Assembly (NCBI GenBank): GCA_046153645.1
Contig: JBJXGI010000053.1
Location: forward strand, 1 to 64,000
Length of the DNA: 64,000 bases
Origin: Elusimicrobiota bacterium
GTDB taxonomy: Bacteria > Elusimicrobiota > Elusimicrobia > F11
Direction of reading: 5' to 3'
In this document: in pieces, positions 39,315-49,100 of the stretch
How positions within the stretch are numbered: position 1 is the first letter of the stretch
How the letters are laid out: every line of letters begins with the position of its first letter
The notes under the pieces: model-generated
What the model saw: only the letters and a program-made list of their open reading frames with translations
What the model was told of the DNA's origin: nothing
Database searches by the model: none
Translations under genes and position numbers: made by a program

Positions 39315-40577
39315 TTAAACAGCGGCAACTGGCGAAACTTTATCTTGCAGCCGATGATACAGTTCTTTAAAGTTTTCTAATCTTGCTGGAATGATATGAG
39401 GCTGACTTACTTTTCCCTGAATGGCATCAAGTGTTTTTAAACCATTACCGGTCACATAAACCACAGTCACATCATCAGATTTGATGCTACCAGTTTGAAC
39501 CAAGTGTTTCAAGGAAGCAACGGTGACTCCCCCTGCGGTTTCCGTGAAAATTCCCTGCGTACTGGCTAAGAGTTTAATACCTTCAACAATTTCATCGTCA
39601 GTAACACTGACTCCTTGCCCACCAGTCTTCATAACCAACTTAGCTGCATAAGGACCATCAGCGGGATTACCAATGGCTAAGGATTTGGCAATGGTATTGG
39701 GGCGAACAGGTTTTATTAAGTCAGTTCGATCTTGAATGGCCGTTGAAATAGGACCACAACCAGACGCCTGTGAACAATGCAATTTCGTTTCATGATGAGG
39801 AATTAACTCTAAATCTTGAAATTCCTGTAACCCTTTATAAATTTTCGTTAAAAGAGAACCTGAAGCGGCGGGAACAACGACATGATCCGGGGCTTTCCAC
39901 CCTAATTGTTCAGCAACTTCAAAACCCAATGTTTTCGATCCTTCTGCGTAATAGGGCCGAATATTAACGTTAACAAAGGCCCACTTGAAGGCATCAGCCA
40001 CTTCCGAACAAAGACGGTTTACCTCGTCATAAGTGCCATCAATTCCAATAATAATAGGATCATAAACTCCCGCACCCAATACTTTGCCTTCTTCCAAATT
40101 AGCAGGAATAAAAACAAATCTTTTTAGATTGGCAACAGCCCCATAAGCAGAAACAGCACCAGCCAAATTACCAGTTGAAGCACAGGCGACTGTTGAAAAA
40201 CCCAATTCCCGGGCGCGAGTGAGCGCCACACTAACCACTCGATCTTTAAATGAAAAAGTGGGGTTTACGGAGTCGTTTTTAATGTAGAGGTTTTTGAGCC
40301 CTAAAAGAGCACCAAGATTTTTGGCATGGAGAAGAGGGGTATAACCTTCTTGCAAAGTAATAACATCTCTTGTCTCAACAGGAAGAAGATCCCAATATCG
40401 CCACAAGGAACGCGGCCCTGCTTCAATTGATTTTCGTGATACATTTTTTTTAATCAGGTCGTAATTATAATCGACCTCTAAAGGACCAAAACATAACTCA
40501 CAAACATGAATTGCTTTAGCGGGATATAATTCACCGCACTCTTTGCATTTAAGACCTTTAATTTTGGAATCTGCCAT
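39315..40577 (-). CDS. thrC: Threonine synthase-like PLP enzyme (possibly O-phosphohomoserine sulfhydrylase)
   Basis: N-terminal CxxC..CxxC, EGYTPL, NPTFSFKDR (PLP Lys), ASTGN, TGNGLK. Confidence 0.8.
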   Translation of the reverse strand: MADSKIKGLKCKECGELYPAKAIHVCELCFGPLEVDYNYDLIKKNVSRKSIEAGPRSLWRYWDLLPVETRDVITLQEGYTPLLHAKNLGALLGLKNLYIKNDSVNPTFSFKDRVVSVALTRARELGFSTVACASTGNLAGAVSAYGAVANLKRFVFIPANLEEGKVLGAGVYDPIIIGIDGTYDEVNRLCSEVADAFKWAFVNVNIRPYYAEGSKTLGFEVAEQLGWKAPDHVVVPAASGSLLTKIYKGLQEFQDLELIPHHETKLHCSQASGCGPISTAIQDRTDLIKPVRPNTIAKSLAIGNPADGPYAAKLVMKTGGQGVSVTDDEIVEGIKLLASTQGIFTETAGGVTVASLKHLVQTGSIKSDDVTVVYVTGNGLKTLDAIQGKVSQPHIIPARLENFKELYHRLQDKVSPVAAV

Positions 40578-40592
40578 AAATCATTCTTCCTG

Positions 40593-40629
40593 AAATAAAA
40601 AACCCTAGAGGACATTTCACCCTAGGGTT
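40593..40629 (-). terminator. Expression-platform terminator of the SAM-I riboswitch
   Basis: Minus strand aaccctaggg-loop-ctctagggtt followed by TTTTATTT. Confidence 0.85.
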
Positions 40630-40637
40630 CAATAAAT

Positions 40638-40747
40638 CCTCTTATCGGTCCCGAAAATTCGGGTACAGGCTTTGGCACGCATTTGAGTTTTTCAAACCGT
40701 TGCCGTGGTTTCATCGGGCCATGCCCCTCCGCCACTCTTGATAAGGG
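40638..40747 (-). ncRNA. SAM-I (S-box) riboswitch
   Basis: Minus strand CUUAUCAAGAGUGGCGGAGGG..UGGCCCGAUGAAACC.CGGCAAC...GUGCCAA...GAUAAG matches the S-box consensus; P1 cuuauc/gauaag. Confidence 0.95.
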
Positions 40748-40799
40748 TGCTACTAAAAGACACCAAATCTTACTAAATTTTCCTAAAAAAATTCAGCGA

Positions 40800-42656
40800 T
40801 TATTCAACTGTAACACTCTTGGCCAAATTACGAGGCTGGTCAACGTCACATCCCAAATAACCAGCAATATAATAGGCAAGAATTTGAAGAGGAACCACAT
40901 TGACCAAGGGGCTTAAATCCTCCGGCACATCAGGAACGTAAATAACATCTGACGCTTTACTATCAATTAACTTATCTCCCTTGGTAACAATAGAAATGAC
41001 TTCTGCTCCACGACTTTTGGCCTCTTCAATATTGGAAACCATTTTGTCATAAACACTAGATTTAGTGGCAATGGCAACCACCGGAAGATTTTCGTCAATC
41101 AAAGCAATGGGGCCATGTTTCATTTCACCCGCAGGATATCCTTCCGCATGAATATAAGAAATCTCTTTTAGTTTAAGCGCCCCTTCAAGAGCAATCGGAT
41201 AGTTCAAATGGCGGCCTAAATACAAAAAATCTTTTCGTCTAAAATATTTTTTGGCGATTTTCGCAACGGCTTCTTCACATTCCAAGGTCTCTGTAATCCA
41301 CTGCGACAAGTGAGTGAGATTTTTTTCTTTTTCTTTGATCTCACTGGCAGGCATCACTTTTTTAAGATTCGCAAAATAAAGTGCCAACAAATGAAGAGCA
41401 ACCAATTGCCCCATAAACGCTTTTGTTGAAGCCACACCAATCTCAGGGCCACAATGTGTCAAAAGAAAACCATGCGCGTCACGGGTTATTGTTGACCCAA
41501 CTACATTAGCAATCCCGACAACATGGGCTCCTTTCTTTTTAGCCAAGCGAACGGCGGCCAAAGTATCGGCTGTTTCACCAGACTGAGAAATAGCCACCAC
41601 GAGCGTATTCGGTTCAATAACAGGATCTCGGTACCTAAACTCAGAAGCAATTTCAACCTGACAAGGCACGCCGGAATATTTTTCGATTAAATAAGAACCA
41701 ATGAGTGCCGAGTGCCATGAGGTACCACAAGCCACAAATCGAACTCGGCTAATCTTATTGGCTGCCTCATCCGTTAAGCCAAGTTCCGTCAAATTGATTT
41801 TCCCGGTTTGAAGGTCCATGTGTCCCATCAAAGTATTTTCAACAATGCGGGGTTGCTCATGGATTTCTTTCATCATGAAATGTTTATAACCGGCTTTTTC
41901 AGCTTGCACCGGGTCCCAAGCAATTTTAACCGCAGACCGTTGGATGGGCTTTCCAGAGGAGTCAAAATATAAAATTCCCTCTTTCGCCATCACAACAACG
42001 TCACCATCTTCAAGAAAAATGACATCGCGGGTGTAAGATAAAATTGCAGGAACATCGGAGGCTAAAAAGTTTTCGCCATTTCCCAAACCAATAATAAGAG
42101 GGCAATCTCTTCTGGCGCCAATAATAACATCCGGGAGGTCAGAACAAACAATACCGAGGGCAAAGGTCCCTTTAATTTCTTTTAAAGAAGTCAAAACAAC
42201 ACTCAAAAAATCTTCTTTACTTATTTTTCCACCTTTATGTTTGGAGAGATGAAACCCAATGAGCTGCGCCACCGCTTCTGTATCTGTTTGAGATTTAAAA
42301 ACGATTCCTTCTTTAGATAATTTCTCTTTGAGCTGAAGATAATTTTCAATGATCCCGTTATGAACAACAATAACTCTCTCCGATTGATCAGCATGAGGAT
42401 GAGCATTCACTTCAGTGGGGGCTCCATGAGTGGCCCAACGAGTGTGTCCAATTCCCAAATGGCCACTTAATGGTTGTTTTTGAAGCAAGGCATCTAACTC
42501 AGATAATTTTCCTACAGAACGCCGTCTTTCAAAAGCGCCATTTGAAAAAACAGCGATTCCAGCAGAATCATAACCTCTGTACTCAAGCTTTCTCAAACCC
42601 TCTAATAAAACAGGCGTAGCCTCTGATTTACCAACATAACCTAAAATTCCACACAT
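40800..42656 (-). CDS. glmS: Glutamine--fructose-6-phosphate aminotransferase
   Basis: MCGI, EYRGYDSAG, GHTRWATHG, SQSGETADT, PRNLAKSVTVE. Confidence 0.98.
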   Translation of the reverse strand: MCGILGYVGKSEATPVLLEGLRKLEYRGYDSAGIAVFSNGAFERRRSVGKLSELDALLQKQPLSGHLGIGHTRWATHGAPTEVNAHPHADQSERVIVVHNGIIENYLQLKEKLSKEGIVFKSQTDTEAVAQLIGFHLSKHKGGKISKEDFLSVVLTSLKEIKGTFALGIVCSDLPDVIIGARRDCPLIIGLGNGENFLASDVPAILSYTRDVIFLEDGDVVVMAKEGILYFDSSGKPIQRSAVKIAWDPVQAEKAGYKHFMMKEIHEQPRIVENTLMGHMDLQTGKINLTELGLTDEAANKISRVRFVACGTSWHSALIGSYLIEKYSGVPCQVEIASEFRYRDPVIEPNTLVVAISQSGETADTLAAVRLAKKKGAHVVGIANVVGSTITRDAHGFLLTHCGPEIGVASTKAFMGQLVALHLLALYFANLKKVMPASEIKEKEKNLTHLSQWITETLECEEAVAKIAKKYFRRKDFLYLGRHLNYPIALEGALKLKEISYIHAEGYPAGEMKHGPIALIDENLPVVAIATKSSVYDKMVSNIEEAKSRGAEVISIVTKGDKLIDSKASDVIYVPDVPEDLSPLVNVVPLQILAYYIAGYLGCDVDQPRNLAKSVTVE

Positions 42657-42657
42657 A

Positions 42658-43377
42658 TTATTTCATCCTCTTTTTCATTTCAAAAACCGCTTGTTGCATT
42701 CCAACCACAACAGATCTAGCTACAATTGAAAAACCAATATTTAACTCATTAAACGAAAAACTTTTTACCAAAGCAGAAACATTATCGTAGTTAATCCCAT
42801 GACCCGCATTCACCAAAAGCCCCAGGCGCTGAGCTAAAAAACCAGTTGTTCTAATACGCGCTAATTCAAAAGCGATATTTTTCTGAGATCCTTTTTCAAA
42901 AACAGCCGCGTATTTTCCCGTATGTATTTCAATGGCATCAGCCATAAGAACTGAAGCCAACTGAATAGATTCTATCTCGGGCTCAACAAACAAAGAAACT
43001 TTAATTTTTTTCTGCTGCAACTTTCGGATAACCAAATTCAATCGAGCCTGATATTTGGAAAGGTTTAACCCCCCTTCTGTTGTTAATTCTTCTCTATGCT
43101 CGGGGACTAAACAAACCCAATCAGGACGCACTTTGAGTGCAAAATCTACAATTGCGGGCGCCAATGACATTTCCAAATTAAACGGGACCTTCAAATGTTT
43201 TGAAAAAAAGATGACATCACAATCTTGAATATGACGGCGATCTTCCCTTAAGTGCGCGGTTATGCCCGTCGCCCCGCCCTTCACTGCTTCTTTTGCTAAA
43301 AAAACGGGATCCGGAAATGATTCGTGACGTGCCTGGCGAAGGGTCGCAATATGGTCAATATTCACACCTAACTTCAT
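42658..43377 (-). CDS. pdxJ: Pyridoxine 5'-phosphate synthase
   Basis: LGVNIDHIATLR, HLREDRRHI, TTEGG, NAGHG. Confidence 0.96.
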   Translation of the reverse strand: MKLGVNIDHIATLRQARHESFPDPVFLAKEAVKGGATGITAHLREDRRHIQDCDVIFFSKHLKVPFNLEMSLAPAIVDFALKVRPDWVCLVPEHREELTTEGGLNLSKYQARLNLVIRKLQQKKIKVSLFVEPEIESIQLASVLMADAIEIHTGKYAAVFEKGSQKNIAFELARIRTTGFLAQRLGLLVNAGHGINYDNVSALVKSFSFNELNIGFSIVARSVVVGMQQAVFEMKKRMK

Positions 43378-44747
43378 GCGTAAACTTTCATAGCCTCTTC
43401 AATTTTTTCCGTTATTTCAGAACCGTAACGATGCAATTGCATCTTATCAGGCCCCTCAATCATGATTCTCAGTAAGGGCTCCGTTCCTGAATAACGCACA
43501 AGAACTCTTCCCTGAGAACCCAGTTCACTCTCAATTTTTTTAATACATGAATGCGCCGCGGGTAGTTCATTAAGAGGAACACGTTTTTTAACCTTTAAAT
43601 TCATTAACACTTGGGGATATTTCTTAATAAGTTCAGAAACATGAGAAAAAGGAAGTTTTGTTTTCTTGAAATATTTTAGTACTTGAAGGGCTGTCAAAAG
43701 CCCATCTCCCGTGGGAAGGTACTGCCCCATAATAATGTGGCCCGATTGTTCTCCCCCTAATATCGCTCCGGATTTTTGCATGGCCATAGAAACAAATCGA
43801 TCACCGACAGAAACTTCTTCGCAAGAAATTTTTTGAGCGGCCAATGCCTTTTTAAGGCCTAAATTAGCCATCACTGTAATTACAACTTTATTCTTAACAA
43901 GAGCTTTTGATTCCTTCAAATGCCCAGCGAGAAAAGCAATAATATGATCGCCATCCAACGAATGCCCTTTTTCATCAACGAAAATAACTCGATCGGCATC
44001 TCCATCAAATGCAATTCCTAAGTGACAATGTTCTTTACGAACCAATATTTCTAAATCAGAGGTATGCTGAGAACCGCATCCAACATTAATATTTCTTCCA
44101 TTGGGCCTAGCATGAATGACATGCAAATCTGCTCCTAAACGTCCCAAGATACGCGGGGCTAACAAAAAACTAGCTCCATTCGAACAATCCAAAGCAATTT
44201 TCAAACCATTCAATTTGATTCCTTCTAAGGTATCAATAAGAAAGGATTCATACACTTCTCTTAATTGTTCCACTTTTATCAACTTATCTTTCGAACTTTT
44301 AAGTGGAGGAGTCGGTTTTTTATGCCATTGAAAAAGAAGAGATTCAACCGTTTCTTCCCAAACATCAGGCCACTTTCGAGCTGACGCATTAAAAAATTTG
44401 ATTCCATTAAATTCAGGCGGGTTATGGGAAGCAGAAATCACAATACCAGAATGGAATTTCTGAGAGCGAACCAAGTGCGCAGCTCCAGGGGTACTTATTA
44501 CACCAACAGAAAAAACATCAATTCCTTTTTGCTGTAACCCTTTTGCGATCATTTTTTCAATCCACTGACCTGACAAACGAGTATCCCGTGCAATAAGAAT
44601 CTTAGGCCGACCTTTCTTGACATGGTCCCTTAACACTTCTCCTGCAGCAAGACCAATATAATAAACGTCTTTTTTACTTAATGGCGATTTACCCGCAATT
44701 CCGCGAATACCATCAGTTCCAAATAATTTTGGGGCTTTATTAGACAA
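43374..44747 (-). CDS. glmM: Phosphoglucosamine mutase
   Basis: FGTDGIRG, ISASHNP, FDGDADR, GGEQSGH, RYSGTEP; TTG at 44747 after AAGGA preferred over the longer ORF start. Confidence 0.95.
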   Translation of the reverse strand: MSNKAPKLFGTDGIRGIAGKSPLSKKDVYYIGLAAGEVLRDHVKKGRPKILIARDTRLSGQWIEKMIAKGLQQKGIDVFSVGVISTPGAAHLVRSQKFHSGIVISASHNPPEFNGIKFFNASARKWPDVWEETVESLLFQWHKKPTPPLKSSKDKLIKVEQLREVYESFLIDTLEGIKLNGLKIALDCSNGASFLLAPRILGRLGADLHVIHARPNGRNINVGCGSQHTSDLEILVRKEHCHLGIAFDGDADRVIFVDEKGHSLDGDHIIAFLAGHLKESKALVKNKVVITVMANLGLKKALAAQKISCEEVSVGDRFVSMAMQKSGAILGGEQSGHIIMGQYLPTGDGLLTALQVLKYFKKTKLPFSHVSELIKKYPQVLMNLKVKKRVPLNELPAAHSCIKKIESELGSQGRVLVRYSGTEPLLRIMIEGPDKMQLHRYGSEITEKIEEAMKVYA

Positions 44748-44799
44748 GAGAATGAAATTCCTTTTGATTGAGTTAACATCAGATATGCATCGATAAGGG

Positions 44800-44808
44800 A
44801 TTATACCA
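44800..44808 (-). promoter_or_regulatory. Extended -10 element upstream of glmM
   Basis: TGGTATAAT on the minus strand. Confidence 0.5.
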
Positions 44809-44869
44809 GAAAAACCAAATTCCTCCGAGGAGAATTGATAAAAAGAGTCTTTAAACACCAGGGCAGACG

Positions 44870-46096
44870 TTAAGGCAAATGAGCCAGCCATCGATCAGCG
44901 GAAACAACCCATTGAATGAAGCCATCTGTCTTAATTTTTTTGCAAACACCCTGTTTATGAAGAAGTTGAATTGATACTGAAACCCCAAGTTTTTTTTGAA
45001 AATAAGAAAGCGATGGGGAGACGTCTTCTTCTGACGTTTTACATTCAATCAAACAAAGTATTTTTTTATCTTTAACCAAACAAAAGTCCACCTCGCGCTT
45101 CTCTTTGTCTCGGAGGTAGTGGAGGGAAATTTTTCCTTCTCCCATTGCTTCCCATGTTTTGACTGCTTTAAGGAGATGAAGAGCCACGACATTTTCAAAG
45201 CGATAGCCCGTCTCAGGAATTTCCACCCAATCGTAAAGATAGACTTTCGTTTCTTTTCTGAGTGAACGTGCCAACGTCCCTGTGTATGGAGTGACGCGGA
45301 AAAGGTAAAAGAAACGATCGAGAAGAAGTAGCCAATCACGAACCGTTTCAAATGCAACACCAATGTCTTCTTTTAAAGCGTTAATAGAAAGAGGGCTTCC
45401 AACACGCTCTGGAACAAGATGCGAGAGCATTTCGAGGAGCGAAAGGTCTTTGATGTGAACCATACTTCGGATGTCCTCTCTCAAAAGAAGACTCTTTCTC
45501 TCTTGAAACCATCGATTGTAAAAACTTGTTGTCCCACGCAAAAACGGCTCAGGGAAACCACTGTACTGAAAAAGATCATCATATTTTGATCGAACAGACC
45601 CCGTTGACTCCGGAACGTCTACCAGCATCTCTTTGAACTCCTTGAGAGTGGTCCGTTTTTCATGTAGCTCTCCTAAACTCAAAGGGAAAAGTGGGATACT
45701 GAAATAACGCCCCAACAGACTGTCTCCGCCTTTTTTAAAAAGTTCAAGGCGACCGCTTCCTGTTACCAAAAAGCGAAACTCAGTCTTAAAATCATCATAT
45801 GCCCCTTTCAAATAATTTTTCCATCGACTGTATTTGTGGATTTCATCAAACACAACCAAAAACGGTCTTTTGGGATCCCGGTTCTCTTTTTGAAAAAAAT
45901 AAGGATCTTTGAGCAGCTTCTTTTGATTGATCACATTATCCCAGTTAAAGTAGATACCTTGACCGAAATGGTTTCGATAATCTTGAGCCAGTGTCGTCTT
46001 CCCCACCTGACGTGGCCCGCTTAGGAATGCCATCTTATTGAAAGCTTCAACTGTCTCTTTTAAAAGAGGGAGAGTGGTTCGTTTAATCATGAGCAT
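44870..46096 (-). CDS. AAA+ ATPase with DUF4143 C-terminal domain (AAA_14 family)
   Basis: GPRQVGKTT, FDEIHK, TGS, SLLGR, GFPE, K.YLYD, FEN.V, EVDF...IECK. Confidence 0.9.
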   Translation of the reverse strand: MLMIKRTTLPLLKETVEAFNKMAFLSGPRQVGKTTLAQDYRNHFGQGIYFNWDNVINQKKLLKDPYFFQKENRDPKRPFLVVFDEIHKYSRWKNYLKGAYDDFKTEFRFLVTGSGRLELFKKGGDSLLGRYFSIPLFPLSLGELHEKRTTLKEFKEMLVDVPESTGSVRSKYDDLFQYSGFPEPFLRGTTSFYNRWFQERKSLLLREDIRSMVHIKDLSLLEMLSHLVPERVGSPLSINALKEDIGVAFETVRDWLLLLDRFFYLFRVTPYTGTLARSLRKETKVYLYDWVEIPETGYRFENVVALHLLKAVKTWEAMGEGKISLHYLRDKEKREVDFCLVKDKKILCLIECKTSEEDVSPSLSYFQKKLGVSVSIQLLHKQGVCKKIKTDGFIQWVVSADRWLAHLP

Positions 46097-46147
46097 ATTT
46101 TAGACCTAAGTCTAATAAAGTCAAGACTTTTTTAGACTTGAGTCGAA
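46097..46147 (-). promoter_or_regulatory. Promoter overlapped by three palindromic boxes upstream of the AAA/DUF4143 gene
   Basis: ttagac-ctaa-gtctaa (46100-46115), aaagtc-aa-gacttt (46117-46130), ttagac-ttga-gtcgaa (46132-46147); TTGACT-16-TAAAAT on the minus strand. Confidence 0.65.
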
Positions 46148-49100
46148 TTAAGCGCCAACAGCCACAACTCGCGCCAACCCAATAACAAACCCGAGATTTC
46201 GAACTGGAAACTCTGACATGGCTGACAGCAATTCTTCTAGAGAAAGGTATTTGATGTGGTACAGAATGGAGGACTGAGTGGGTCCTGATGCCATCAGTTG
46301 CAACAACAGATCTCTTGATATCACAAAATCCGGCAACAGTTGATTGCTTGCTTGTAAGGCGGTCATCGTTTGCTCAAAGACGATTTTGTTTATTTTTCCT
46401 TTTGAGAAAAGGCCCTTTTGTGGCATCAGTTTAATCTGCCACTGAAGGTTTTTTCTCAGGAGTTTCTCAAATTCTTTTTGATCATTTTCATCTATGACGA
46501 ATTCGAAATTCATGGAACGATTTAGATACTGCTTTAACTTTTTACTTCTTAAATCTTTAGCCCGAAGCACCATTTGAACCGCCTTTCCTTTCAAATGTCG
46601 CTTGTTTATGGTGTTTTCGTCTGGTGATCTTGCCACCTTTTCTGCCAACTCCAAGGCCTCTTCTGGTTCCAATTTACGCTCTTTATCTTTTAAGGTGTTT
46701 TCTAATTCCCGCACCAATAATTCCAATTTTTCCGGGTCAGATTGGCTTATCGCTTGGCGCGCCAAAGGATTATCCAAGCCCATTTTGACAACTTGTCCCG
46801 TGAGGCTATTTAAAATGTCGCCGGCCCGCTTAGATTGAATTAAATCCGCTTGCTCTGAAATTCCCCACTTCTTAGCCACATCCGTCAAAACCGCCTCTAC
46901 AACCAGTACGACCACATTGGCAAACAGAAAATAGAAGGAAACAAAGAGAACAACATAATCGACGAGAGAATGAGAAAAGAAAATAAGTGCGGGGATATAA
47001 ACGAGAAGTGAAATAATAACCATGAAAATATTTACGTAGATGCCGTACATGGCAGGCGGCCCGCGTGTTTCCCACGGCATTTTTCCGGTGAACATACCTC
47101 GAATTATTTTCAAGGTACCATAATCGAGTCGTTTTCCTTCAGTCGGCCCACCAATCAAGTGCCCGCCTTCATGAGAGGTGATTCCACCGAAAAAAACTGT
47201 TCGGACAAGCCAATTTAACCACATGAGATTATTTCTTTTCGCCCAGTTGGAATTAAAAATATTGGCGAAGAGGGAAGGGGTTTCTGATGTTAAAGTTGCG
47301 GGTGATAAAAGCGTCTGATTCTGTCTTCGGAATATTTCCAGATAAAGGGAGATTCTTTCAAGAATCAATGCTAAGTCAGAGTTAATTCGATCGTAACCGA
47401 TTCGTTGCGCAATAATTTTGATGAGGTCAAAACTTGTTACCACCTGCCCTCGATGCGCGGAGAGAAACGCCTCGCGTACCAATTCGCGAATGAACAATCG
47501 ACGAAGAAATGGCGGAAGGTTAAAACGATTTTGGAGATAAACTTCCTCTACCACATCAAATGGCACATTAATATTTTTAATATCAAACGCTGTCGATGGG
47601 AACTCCAAACGAAATACTGTTTTCCCATTCTGAGAGAGAAGATCAAAATGGGCACCCAACCATTCCGATATCATTTCGATCTGATTTAGTGCAACGCCAT
47701 TTTCCCCAGAAAGATTAAAATATTTTTTATCTTCACCTCTAATGGTTGTAAACCGCCAAGCAGTCAATATTGAAAAAATGTCAGCTGCAGATAAATCGGT
47801 CTTATGACCTAGTTGAGTAAGAATGCGAATGGATTTCCAAATTTTTGGCTCTTCTCTATTATAGTGAACAACTTCATCCGTATCACCCGTACCTTCTTGC
47901 AGCCGAAGGCGTAACGATCTTATGATGACAGGAATCTGTTTTCGAATTTTTTCAGGATCGATGACACCGGGATTTGAAATTTCTAATGCCAAGGTTCCCA
48001 ATTTATAATTTTTGAAAATTCTAATTTTGATCTCGCTGGTGGACCACTTAGGATTTGATCGCGCCCATGCATCGTGAGCATTTTTTAGAATTTCGCGGAC
48101 GCTATGCATAAGTAAATATATGGCCCAAGGATCGTGAGCCGTCACATGGGCTTTTTGGTTTATGAAATCTCCGAGCTTTTTATCACCATATTCAGCACTT
48201 AAAATATAATCTTTATCTTCAGAAGATCCTTCCCACACCAGAACCATTTCGTCTTTGGAGTCGTTTTGTGAATTGCCAAACGTCAGTGGCCGCTGTCCTA
48301 TTTTCCACGCTCTCTTATTAAAATCACGGTGCGCCCTAACGCCACTCCACCAAGAAATTGCCGCTGCTTTTTTGATCTCTTTCCATCCCACTGTCAGCCA
48401 GTCTCTTTCCTCATCATCTTTGGGGTCGTGTTTTTCGACAAACCCCTCTTTCGCATGTTCCCCCGCTTCCCAAATTGGCGCGAAACGGATGGAAATGAAT
48501 TTTTTTCTTAATGTCCACACAGCCAATGGAATGGTGAAGGCAAATGAATAAAAAACAGAACTATGATAAGTTGCGATAAAAAGAAATGTAGCATTAAAAA
48601 TAAAATGAATTACTCCAAAGAAGATATAACCAGAAGTGTAGGTAGACTGAAGTGTAGCTGGAGATTTTATTATTTCCCCCTGATATTTTCCTTTTAGAGC
48701 GGTTTCATTTTTATCTCCATATTGCTGCTCAATCAATAGTTGATTTAAATTTGGGAATAAATTGCGAACAGCCAACACAACGGGATTCCTGGTCTGTTGA
48801 TATAAAGGTAATGTTACAGGTGTAATTTTCTCCAGTCTTCTCCCTGGAAATAAATTATTTTTATCTATAGGAAGGTGAGAAGCATTAAAATCAAAGAATC
48901 CATGAAGAACATACCCAGTCCAATTAATTTTAAATTGAGAAATTTTATTTGGCTGGCCCTGAGTTAAAGTAATTGAATTGGCTTGGGATGAACAATTACC
49001 AAGACCCTGAAGAACGAATCCGAAAAATTGAGCCGGAGTTAAATGTTCAGCTAAAACAATGCTTTCGGCATCCCAAATAAAAGGAAGTTCTTCACCGTTT

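Noticed and set aside
42640..42700. glmS ribozyme
   Set aside because: pdxJ ends 1 bp before the glmS start, leaving no leader, and no consensus was seen.
44748..44891. Long N-terminal extension of GlmM in the ORF track
   Set aside because: It overlaps the AAA gene and contains a promoter-like element; the TTG at 44747 has an RBS and gives a normal length.
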